DNA of 63,339 nucleotides, filler included, from It is 3 parts of 3 records of this genome, joined end to end, with 100 filler letters (N's around TTAATTAATTAA, not from the genome) between each part and the next. Parts side by side here need not be neighbours in the genome. Positions count along the whole stretch, not along the records: positions 1 to 31,718 come from SRR2962707_667; 2 more parts are not named here. One strand, 5' to 3'. Shown piece by piece: positions 20,301 to 23,964 of this stretch (position 1 is its first letter; each line of letters starts with the position of its first letter). The notes under the pieces were generated by a model. It saw only the letters and a program-made list of their open reading frames with translations, ran no database searches and was not told where the DNA came from. The position numbers and the translations under genes were made by a program.

Positions 20301-20700
20301 TGTTCTTGAGTCCGCGAAGCGAGACGCTGGTCAGGGCTTTGGCAAAGCGCAGCCAACAACTGTTAATGACCATATAGGTCAGGAAATGCTGTCGCAATAC
20401 GTATCCAAGGTACCCGCTGTCATGTCTGGCACAAATGATCGCCAGACTGCTGAACAGTTGGCCAAGCTTCCAATATCTGTTCTGGCTTCAGCAGCGTTAA
20501 AAACGCAACAGTCCGAAGAGCTGGCTGCGGATCCGGAACGCAAGAAGGCTTTCAAAGCGGGAACCGCCCTTATCAGTTCTGAATTGAACCGCCGCAACCT
20601 TCAGGCTGCAGGACAATTCCTTTCCCAAAGCGCGGAACAGCAGCAGGTGAGCACTCAACAGCGCACCAAGAGCTCGCGTCGCAAAGGGCCCTCCCGCTAA
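2383..20700 (+). CDS. Giant (~6,105 aa) polyvalent DarB-like protein: repeats, 2 N6-adenine MTase folds, Strawberry-notch SF2 helicase, ART-like x3, MutS-I-like x4, zincin, DUF5710-like x2, hydrophobic segment
   Basis: Uninterrupted ORF; ATG 2383 follows GGTGAG and a TATAAT. Motifs: GQEFTP/DPTSGSG (~6028-6165); QAYSTP/DPTAGNG/NPPF (8386, 8551); GIGKGR (9646), DESH (10036), QMKGRVNRTGQ (11218); HELYH (17644). Confidence 0.9.
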   Translation: MATDINVSGKFLASRTVATSLEQAEFRRLEPRLLRLAGVSNALITPSLTKQLERYRDLQDLLGHSALPGTGPVWRMPDSTPVFSTGAADPSSAQEKNSDRFVIAPGRSVRAWRSADFIDVGIFENGKPTGHAWRVHEAEWPRSPVDQIALLSLTTGVVHDDIVIDRARMAVNDISRGSEGHITDWSVKLDLSDPALLKTVAPKTDAAMDALKAQQAYFSTTQPDWAMSSEQYLDRFVIVPLEGEAELELREIAGRNLAQAEHSDLKGEFTVFQDIDSPETLIAYRKRWFLDQKGPVPIAVRHNGMLHVFDGETHQLDAAAKNFGNIRAYSNACESSLLSGHREIIRTALEKKLPVPAEVLEEYPALRRMQSPNLAGDQRPVPEFGPEEDMITVSTHDDRDDIFANLLDEEREGMQDDFYLQQHFYDEAKRRAIQAYPDEYYRSDGDILEIAESAPYADRVVAETEAEFRSDKGLDGKAEITDDMAEELSDLITDALIEHCKDDATDDPDHDIWKWQDPSDSYTAFEDDDIMETVFELEYEHALKEVEEAVQHMSIITGQDDDEIVDYSILRNEDNDYHLYEDLNSNYQATHLGDFPTFDEATEAARQHARYGEIRRTWPINEGRPNTKWLRSNSETKKIAIATGSGFDRWCKPAWLRGSFAIVAPFKGRPGFQAHHLPTGLPVGRVWGTDQEAKRFVDLLAPIRNWGELRSSEIDDVRDLVVSLEHQAGVEATETRQVIRTQNRNQRLSRAPAPSIGFGGPVAFSANMLDVTPPRFEIDRYSAFKPRDEDRNWFVARMRESAFETSIAEDFFDAHIETYQPGRETMRQWAAATHWQWHTMPEKEKSNLLDHMSDDEDIKAQLIFTDMADEFEAHINNLVDVELSHYANAVVLEDTTGQGYRVFFDPDSPSTMEVFAPGPISEGTFLGYARGEDTLETISDAEEIAGQYAFRGLRAIDGGGLFKEMNPKGPEEWRSRVIILSENTPCVSRLAHGFAQKSFGIVRTDWHLGEKQPGAAVIHLASGTPIKPFFRRDKDAQAFADLIEMQADWHAIVSHEDFARESANLRSIARDTSAAIKEVSRAELKRPSRKPQGLDNAFAGAVAFKVMPAEKHEREIYKLIDDADPSRRISDKWEDFLTLASCAHRGAALPQDSDAWRENESRYLDVVDRYRRNKRLSDIRENFPNALGHLTAACRQYEDDTLGRLHMQIAPNSALGQEFTPYEMALLMTELTSSTLEAEKMQQLNSGKGFVEFSDPTSGSGVMAIAQAESLLRKHLDPTKHMRAYLTDIDHRACDMSYLNMALRDIPALVTHGNTLTQEIHSQSMTPAFVRARYEDIIKDRKAVNSRDIQESGLLDPKFSTGRDYRTLSESLVHLGAGPDLLDHTFVPSNDPAKGVPGEYSRLQDVKELLWQANLVFDQAEKFGLSEPHPERSSMAPHKLYDSYHRELGARVGSFLENLDIAHPTTVRQAQPLLDEVAEHVKMFDAYVDAYGAPGTNYEALTTPRWKVADQMPVFGDLDELRVSEADIPDDDAIYSKLEELYPFYERQVKAEYLSRFGKDFIIDDVYIQNLAKDRKDDGIAKLIAKASPATEDAIEAASFGIVADEMRSKGLRTGDTDERELVRVHGDSIAATAEERAREVAFNELMQEAPVSIRDKDGIGYEIRNVPEDGAFVLNYHNTPIVSAHSFKEAQTLAIAHAQAADIDMLRNPDVALNPLGPADRFIRRDTVYHAGPVVTSDIHSVGRLVDPVVRGHFAVSRSLQSKPGWYITHLPSGFSCVALAQRFASEEAARNCVVELEKMGSWDITRRDVREWTNNPSNQDMRRACFELIESHIENSIDAAKQGRVENRLHDSKTTRGRISGPVAFKTEISSGLIPSDEQRLSDAIGTYLQNGHVFSSARALRTFCEDTLGFPIPQRHALRRAVEEVGERAMVRLAAGIYKSHTGSSGELIDKLAKLQDQLPNFSTRTSRSAELQAYSTPLPIAGLAARLLGAKPGEVTYDPTAGNGALLIGQDREDRKANELDSSRARGLDAKYVTTLDAAQGRPPGAHQHLIANPPFGALSEEQGKTLFLASEGVSAEKRTNPRAVATSRLHHAIVWNGLTGLPDHGRAVLILPSVRAHSDEAREQGYDQAGLRRFHWKLYDSFNVVDHITLSGDLYRQQGAGWPIDLIVIDGKGRSSMPLPTLSTPPVITSLEELKEICHVFDANRNQLDPRTSLSASAKLYASGKTAVRNDGISERDQVSDTANLSDRDPVQTGGDRESSTGRAGADYRLSASGSPESGSGGNDPQHRFSDLAAPTDLDTSRLPSDGNPGGTETAGSGRPDAGDRSMNESLVPYEPLSEAKPLETLMPANLVSSFDAAKARLVSAVGNVDDFVQEKLGYKTKEALYNALAGEQIDATAFAIHQHETGGSFINGHLMGIGKGRVASAMLVYAHLNGLTPIFITERPNLYPAIMRDLADIGYGHLRPLITNDGLTGAQALELPDGRVLSTPNKAKHDAELIRIRDQGHLGKDYDFVMTSWAQTQTVQGHETLRRMLLERLSKNALLVRDESHNAGGQDQLFSQPGPPNRAEFARELMWDAKGVYDSSATWAKAPHTMDLFGRTDLRYAVRDPKEIGSIIAQHGLPMQQMVASMLSESGQYMRLERSMEGIDYEFSVVNIDPKRFDKFAEILEAIAAFDDAKQGLLKGPLGKELKESGEKAMSDGATGEVGINSIIFTSLLHNIAQQAELSLMADTVADKAIQSLENGQKPFITLANTMGAFMSEFVSANELQPGDAIDANFGDVLKRYLERSRDVTIGTPFSEKERIHLTDEQLGSRAKALFDRVEKLIEDADWSGMPVSPIDHVKGRLEQAGYKFGEFTGRSEGIDYSGDRPVYYRRTAAERSKAADVRTETAFNDGSIDVAVGNESVASGITLSANANFADQRPRLDITWQPHPDVTKHVQMKGRVNRTGQVHTPSYLHLMTDIPASRRNAARLERKLRSLNANTTANQKGLFQSGGIDMLNAIGDRAAATVMENNPAIHRRFGFPLKLASGARGLETDGAARKVTGRMIMLPVALQEKLYGEFETEFRAEQEKAERMGLIRDEARVHDLDARELSRAQLTKSVRAESPFGGPVHIKQMNVRNTEKPYPFARVLAEINKSLGLGDGTVLSDTQSNGREHAKALKERAKEQFERYRSASVERASSRNKQSVETRLTGDFERFTKLVDNFPVGRSVLLKTPDGKDIYGVVAGLSKRGGSVNPVAPAAWTIKMFVADGAKEIELRLNELALPGEKPMSKDYTLIKADKAAIDVEGTLEVRPIAEAFDRPSKNDREERLVATGNILAAADQFRKANVMYFTTTQGTIEAGLLLPRDATLQEVLGRAEVILSKPEHVQKYLEAKGTAVTADNALSIVKRKDTIELRASRARSAGGKYWLDKDIRGLTGDFVSSGTSMVAEIKPAQLSSLLSLMEGKRMTLKASDILDDAREIVGAQVPEMVKRGPPKHSSAKPMDRFVMPWELRGEEAAPFAAGIQFSTGRPVALREEEAGALVPVNHQGAPGPQADGSRIHRVLDVPDYVSADQLLAKMHLDGEQGKYVHRFSNVFYSTGSNDTGLTVYNDDEVKDLPPHHDYETWQMRRGAAPNGWDTVDVPLLSPNGPVRYPGFVHPEAPGLAVVPFPRPGLRPGTYDRDALRFVVLHKESGQALLPGNRFMYTANGAAKAALTMANAFDFKNLQAPDDMSRAERAHANKVVDDSYENARSTDRDAYIEFNLNQGVTAEFRESDLYWLVVDNAADPDIDLAAEMSQTSGCFYLYPDRDTAIDIGMEDAAPVRAKLRNIADLTQEPWSADVQEITRAFFDQHVDMLKMGLSTTYFERGSEFEEVERRVEAGEDEDAVLNEFVERRLSEFDYAAFEEAIRRQDYTSAGAYDGDLKDALMGWLSDKFDGVKLWEPFEYDQTELVIFNARDVELAWDQLTTSIELARAQKAEQEARREEWQKQRSEDEVARLAQWRLDETESFDLAVLQERGFNVNDIHWLSVPNKEYPELDQAYAGVNPVLFTRRTDAESLGRFDEAIPVYLRRGQGVDLTSDNASARAFIEQLSQIPGLDTAGLANLPGGDIGPLAQAATDLARAKGLDYIQFLDEGTKRSVLSDTSDISVAWDAIERKSIHRRSSDTMVGPALAAAKQAAALAAPRLLLTGPEGRADAEMAARSTSIFLQADEVRRLAGNDALLIFVENDTAQLFDRDAKRAHQMIDGLPLVEIGDIAEMELPARDANSVAEQLAPKHRVVIARLDENGQIVLENFVGNHVELETLTAEDADDPTVRAEREKKRARQRAGTWAEKPIADRYADVHLAARNREVPALVDGDRYVIAGLLARQLSDEVPLLKENLQSDGELTWFSQKDLATVTSSLAALDKRLMLAEGLSRATWRQSRVGAAQESQTREEVTAQSAIEQHAELANRHPDRVVFVEDGEGFRTFSDNVQTIAKIDPHLTSKFEKVHDTPSIALTRDEMDYQAKQMSQRGLHVTIAERAQDGSVSLRNFDPMTEVVNESDVTSAISGQNKEAVTSERKHTLTEQDREAASSTATANALHDVVRSFDEQKSINREAVHLIEHGDGYVLFDGDARLVARHFEPVRNRLEYFTDSMERTRIVGHLSANVLERAIEQLRNRSVDLVVMKRGGDGFLAEAHGATRHQPEYPAVQKDAAARRGFDLSKKSYAPVSGSGAFMGKPLVDGVAFYSDPVAAGSNQIEVHTRVKNPARLNSTDLNSFGWRAPLQKMVDNLKQAYGIESAEQLKQILSDGRMVSWWTDRLSEMAIGGDPMDLQRSVFNELRKLGHDGAIMIDPDGYEVNYAFDPEAILPAQTVQAVSVTQQQTANIPRSAQSAGMPNTIGQSAAPFTPNRFGLEGLQVSVQAAPQSREELKSALDEITRAFDTDGGTADKRAAYLREVGLLNVSLAGRISRYTEDIYPILPGYVIYPGDNGKWVYASVRDFVSATGPTGNLYGRWAPEMSDQISDYAAFYLNQLDAAFEPQLARVKEELTDMVSEINPDVDLRFVERLFADGTVEGSPDRRPVLGLYFRHTDAMPISTDISKGDPRVTGLHELYHSLSPLLNPEEHRVVSAGFGGEEKAAEAFAHWAMGTAEGRRLGPIQNLYQRMNNILHGNGFRSWQDVFQAARVGEVAGRAKVLEMSSDIEIATAQKLANAANLPALGEAVSRYGARLEGKTIPMETLYQLLAGHLDDLEITQAVRKAGFHRINDDQSISTIPATRHATIEMDLARHRKLTPIDIGSNDPHIARRISQTTQAQARRVNASVHPSPSIQRRADRPHVIRYKAVDGEILQNNIPARTSSNAPVRSMIKDIVLQERYGLPTLKSSEYLQRNPFIARYGDTGMSEQVAGQEIQIPMATRGSADIIDETARPVYILPDDMDRLVDAGIVGEGDKGLLFDATSGAYYVALSHPSIDHLLENFGTVQAQQLWSRHKQDQAEVFSQVAKEFSTIAYPVPETERVYVFPIGASEVQMARSKGAQFDDRPDFRIYYIDRNSENAQNLIDRFGPTGERIDRYKDWRKEQFGENIQRRSVAISDSAAMDGELGHDAVKQIGRSAVFSAGLGGAIAASTQVAASTPTPSASVLSATAPEEGSIEMMFERLGTAEWREIIDKSSLANSAAEVWSSLSSTTQEALSRAGIAGERASHQFAEAFADIGNSLAQYSTLTERVTSSGSLDEARAHIVSFFANGQQNIDAGNFFEALIQSEEPIERLETLKAVAYNTGNSIKDWASDSLGSITSGDFPDVQEFAPGLSELRTSTVESALPHMKAQIASTFDGWVQTAKEVSKPAVDVMREAIGPKVTAAVSAIGGTAGLTAIAGAAASAGAVGAGVAASVYMARRNERRKIWAEDSRDMPWKLTSKQFGQVAKKHYSIARSEADGIDRISITRKSDGQKVYEAAAPIGGKLSAREAVAAAHASLVDKAISSNLPVPDAVKISVLESAKRDAGQGFGKAQPTTVNDHIGQEMLSQYVSKVPAVMSGTNDRQTAEQLAKLPISVLASAALKTQQSEELAADPERKKAFKAGTALISSELNRRNLQAAGQFLSQSAEQQQVSTQQRTKSSRRKGPSR
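8993..9379 (+). CDS. Putative overprinted 128-aa protein in the +1 frame inside the giant gene's MTase-helicase linker
   Basis: AGGAG at 8981-8985, ATG at 8993. Product MSSMPTGINWIHELPYQP...DALMLEIGA has a globular composition. Its TGA overlaps an in-frame ATG of the giant ORF (ATGA, 9376-9379). Confidence 0.6.
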   Translation: MSSMPTGINWIHELPYQPAQSFTPAEKPLFGTTVFPSATKSVTPRIYQTAIQYKLAAIEKAQPGALERIIACLPVDHLSPDPVAMIHNIDFLTWLHPLTWTLPASPQTEIPVEQKLLDLDALMLEIGA

Positions 20701-20727
20701 TACGCTTCAAGCGGATTTCCGCCAAAC

Positions 20728-20759
20728 AAGGGCGAACCTCAGGGTTCGCCCTTTTTCTT
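20728..20759 (+). terminator. Rho-independent terminator after the giant gene
   Basis: AAGGGCGAACC-TCAG-GGTTCGCCCTT perfect 11-bp stem followed by TTTCTT. Confidence 0.9.
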
Positions 20760-20791
20760 GTGCCTGCATCGTTTTCACATGCCCCGGGATT

Positions 20792-20813
20792 TTTCTTGTG
20801 ATATAATAGTTTT
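20792..20813 (+). promoter_or_regulatory. Conserved promoter motif with extended -10 (TGnTATAAT) upstream of the 870-aa gene
   Basis: TTTCTTGTGATATAATAGTTTT; near-copy of 2352-2373. Confidence 0.65.
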
Positions 20814-20848
20814 AAGAAGGTTATTACTTTAAACGCGAGGATTGGCCG

Positions 20849-23461
20849 ATGCTGCCCCAGGACATTGATCGCTTAGAGAAGGCCCATTTGCAGTCACGCA
20901 TGCTGTTTGGTGAAACCCGCCGAAACTATGTTGCCAAACGTGCCGGCTTGTTGAACGAGCTGACCAAAGCCGGTCGCTTTCCAAAGGAAAATGCCGAACG
21001 TCTTGTGGAAAGTGCTGAAGCAATGTGGCTGCCGGGTTTCGATACGTTTTCCGCCCGTGGCCCTTCCATGCAGACCTCTCCGAATGCGGAGTATCTCGAA
21101 GCTATTCGCAAGGAAGTCGGGCCGGAACAGTTTAACTTGTTTGTTTCTTCATTGCGGGACTTTCGGGTGCGTGAGCATCAAGATCAGCAGCTGACCGATC
21201 AACTTGCCCGTTTTGTTCCCCCTGAGCGGTTCGCTAAACTTGAAGCCCAGACCACCGATCTTGAAGGATATCGCAACGATCTAGCCAACATGGTGCGCCA
21301 GATTAACCCGGCCATGTCTCTGGCAGGTGTTGAGCGCGGCTTTATGGCAGAGCAGGACCCGTCCATTGATCCCCTCAGCCAAACCATTGCGCTTTCGCTT
21401 GACCCCTCCCAGTTCGACCAGAAGAAGGCGGTTCATAAAGAACTGTTTCGCAGTGTTGCGGAAGGTCTGACTGAGAAACAACGCAAAGTGCTCGATCAGG
21501 CTTTTGGGTTGGCCACCCGGATTTCACGAGATGCTGGCAAGACCTGGGAAGAAGTGCCTGAAGGTGGTCAGGTAACACCAGATTCGGAAGATCCGTCTGT
21601 TGGCACTCTGACCGATGAAGACGGTGTCGTTATTCAGGCAGGGATCCGTATCCGCACGGAATCCTTTGACCGAGATAAGACGATAACGCGTGCTGCGGAT
21701 GCCTTTAGTGCCCTGGTCGCCGACAAGCGCAAACCAGCGCCTTTGGCCGAGCAGGCCCTCAAGCCCTTCCGTACCTTCTTCGAACGCAGCGCCAACCTTT
21801 TGCACGGCCGCGGCTTCCAGTCTGTTGAGGATGTCCTGAAACGGGCACAGGACGGCACTGTAGGGGCGCGCGCGGCGCGGATTGCTGCAAAACCGGGCAT
21901 TCGCATGCCTCTTCCAAAGGACAATCCTGGAGGGGCCGATGGCGTGCGCACCGCGATCGCCAAAATGACCTCTCAAGAGCTGGCGCTGGCCATCGGACAT
22001 CAAAAAGAAGTACTCGCGGATAAACGAAGGGCACAGTATTCGCTGGTAAACCGCATCTTCCGATATCGGGATGTCAGCGGGACGGCCGAGACCACCCACA
22101 GCCAAACCAAAGGCAACAAGCACAAGCGGCGCGACCGGGCCGAGGTCAAGCAATTAACCCGGGCACTTACCGCCTTGATGGCTGAACACCGTAAACGTGC
22201 TTCTCACAATGTTGCCGGGGAGTTCAAGATGCCAGATCCTGGCGCGCGTAATGTGATGTCTTCACCGCGCGAGGAGTTCGCCAATCAAATGAACCGCCAA
22301 CAAAGTGCTCAGATGCCTGCACATGAGGGTCATGTCGCGGTTTCAGCGTCACAAGAACAGAACGGCCGCTTTGATGTAAAGTGGCATGATCCGGACACCG
22401 GCAAAGGCTTTCCTCTGGCGGGAGATGCTAACGAAGCAGGAGCGTTTGCGATGATCCAGGCGTTTCAAAGTGTCACTTCTGGTCCCAAAAGCCCGATGGC
22501 AGAACGGCTTGTCGGGGAAATCAATCGTGCAGGCGCGCTGAACAATGCCGATATTAATCTTCTGCGGAGCAGCGACCTTATCGACAAGGATCTTGATGCA
22601 GCTATCGGACGCCGAGATCTCAAGGCTTTTGTTTATCCGCTCAAAACCGGTGACGTGATTTTCCAGATGTCGGATGGCAGTTGGCATGCTGGCAAACGCG
22701 AAGAGTTTATTGCTGTGGCTAAACAGACTGGTGATCAGCATATGCGTGCAGCTGCTGATGAACTTGTCAAAAGCACAGGCAAGGTTCTTCCGTTTGAGCG
22801 GACCCGCGACGGCAACACCCCCTCGCCTTCGCCATCATCCTCAAGCGCAGCACGTATGGATGTCCCTGAACCACGGCCGACAGCACCAGCGGCCAGCCTC
22901 GACAAGATGGCGGCTTCAGTCGGTATGGCAAAGCCTTATGTGCTCGATACAAACGACGACGGGCTGAAGGATGCTGCCAGACGGGATCTTTCGGACATCT
23001 CGGTCTCAAACCTGTCAGAAATTCACAAGGCGACGGAACAAGCCCTTCGTTCTGCCAGTACACCTGCTGAGCGCGATGGTTTAATGCGTGGCAAGTTAAT
23101 GGTTGCGGACGTGTTGAAATCCAAGACGGCCGGTGTCAACGTATCGGCCCAACCTGCAACCAATCCAAGTGTGTCTGTTGCATACAAGGTAACGACAGAC
23201 AAGCTGTTGGGGGATGAGCGGAAACGTCTTGAAGGGCTGTCTGCCAAAGACTTGAAAGGGATGTATAAGAAGACGCAAAATGCGCTCGAAACATTGCCTA
23301 AAGGGGGCAATGCCACACCTCGCGATCTTAGGGAACGTCAGCACTTGACCCAAGGCAAGACCGCTCTTCAGGAAGTGATGCGTAACAAGGGAATTGAGTT
23401 ACATTCATCCAATGAGCAGCCGGGCCAACAACGCGCGCGTAAGGCGGGACCTAAACGCTAG
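20849..23461 (+). CDS. 870-aa protein with an inactive zincin-like domain, two C-terminal helical repeats and a basic tail; paralog of the giant protein's C-terminal part
   Basis: LANMVRQINP...AVHKELFRSV...AADAF...FFERSANLLHGRGFQSVEDV aligns with the giant protein's LTDMVSEINP...GLHELYHSL...AAEAF...LYQRMNNILHGNGFRSWQDV. Ends QQRARKAGPKR. GAGGA RBS upstream. Confidence 0.85.
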   Translation: MLPQDIDRLEKAHLQSRMLFGETRRNYVAKRAGLLNELTKAGRFPKENAERLVESAEAMWLPGFDTFSARGPSMQTSPNAEYLEAIRKEVGPEQFNLFVSSLRDFRVREHQDQQLTDQLARFVPPERFAKLEAQTTDLEGYRNDLANMVRQINPAMSLAGVERGFMAEQDPSIDPLSQTIALSLDPSQFDQKKAVHKELFRSVAEGLTEKQRKVLDQAFGLATRISRDAGKTWEEVPEGGQVTPDSEDPSVGTLTDEDGVVIQAGIRIRTESFDRDKTITRAADAFSALVADKRKPAPLAEQALKPFRTFFERSANLLHGRGFQSVEDVLKRAQDGTVGARAARIAAKPGIRMPLPKDNPGGADGVRTAIAKMTSQELALAIGHQKEVLADKRRAQYSLVNRIFRYRDVSGTAETTHSQTKGNKHKRRDRAEVKQLTRALTALMAEHRKRASHNVAGEFKMPDPGARNVMSSPREEFANQMNRQQSAQMPAHEGHVAVSASQEQNGRFDVKWHDPDTGKGFPLAGDANEAGAFAMIQAFQSVTSGPKSPMAERLVGEINRAGALNNADINLLRSSDLIDKDLDAAIGRRDLKAFVYPLKTGDVIFQMSDGSWHAGKREEFIAVAKQTGDQHMRAAADELVKSTGKVLPFERTRDGNTPSPSPSSSSAARMDVPEPRPTAPAASLDKMAASVGMAKPYVLDTNDDGLKDAARRDLSDISVSNLSEIHKATEQALRSASTPAERDGLMRGKLMVADVLKSKTAGVNVSAQPATNPSVSVAYKVTTDKLLGDERKRLEGLSAKDLKGMYKKTQNALETLPKGGNATPRDLRERQHLTQGKTALQEVMRNKGIELHSSNEQPGQQRARKAGPKR

Positions 23462-23482
23462 GTATCCTAGGAATTAATAGTA

Positions 23483-23517
23483 AATAAAAAGGCCGGCTTT
23501 CGCCGGTTTTTTTTATT
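23483..23517. terminator. Bidirectional intrinsic terminator between convergent units
   Basis: AATAAAAA-GGCCGGC-TTTC-GCCGGTT-TTTTTTATT. Confidence 0.85.
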
Positions 23518-23718
23518 GAGGGCTATCCCAAATCCATTGAGCGAACAGAGTATTAACTGCTTTGTCGTAGAGCCCGATGGCAAGCAGCGGGTTCAATGGT
23601 TCGAGACGCGACCCATCGATGAAGCTTTTCCCGCTGAGTGGGATGTTGATTGCAAAGCAGGCTAGACAGCACAACACGACACGAATGCGGGACCGGTAGC
23701 CGATCCCGCATCAACGCT

Positions 23719-23856
23719 CTACTTCTCGTCTTCTCGCACGGTTTCAAGGCATGCTGCGAGATACAGGACCGCAAAGCGGTATCTGACAGGATCCTCTTTC
23801 ATCAGAGAGTGAACGCGACGTAACAGCACGACAATTTCAGTCTCGGGTCGTTTCAT
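23719..23856 (-). CDS. Small hypothetical protein (45 aa)
   Basis: GGGAG 6 nt before ATG; MKRPETEIVVLLRRVHSLMKEDPVRYRFAVLYLAACLETVREDEK*. Below the ORF-track length cutoff. Confidence 0.4.
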   Translation of the reverse strand: MKRPETEIVVLLRRVHSLMKEDPVRYRFAVLYLAACLETVREDEK

Positions 23857-23964
23857 GATCGTCTCCCTTATGACAAGATAATGAGGCAATGCGCCCCATA
23901 TAAGAAAAACAGAAACAACCCAATGACGCTGTGTCGGCTGTCAACCGTCCTGCCTAAAACAGAT

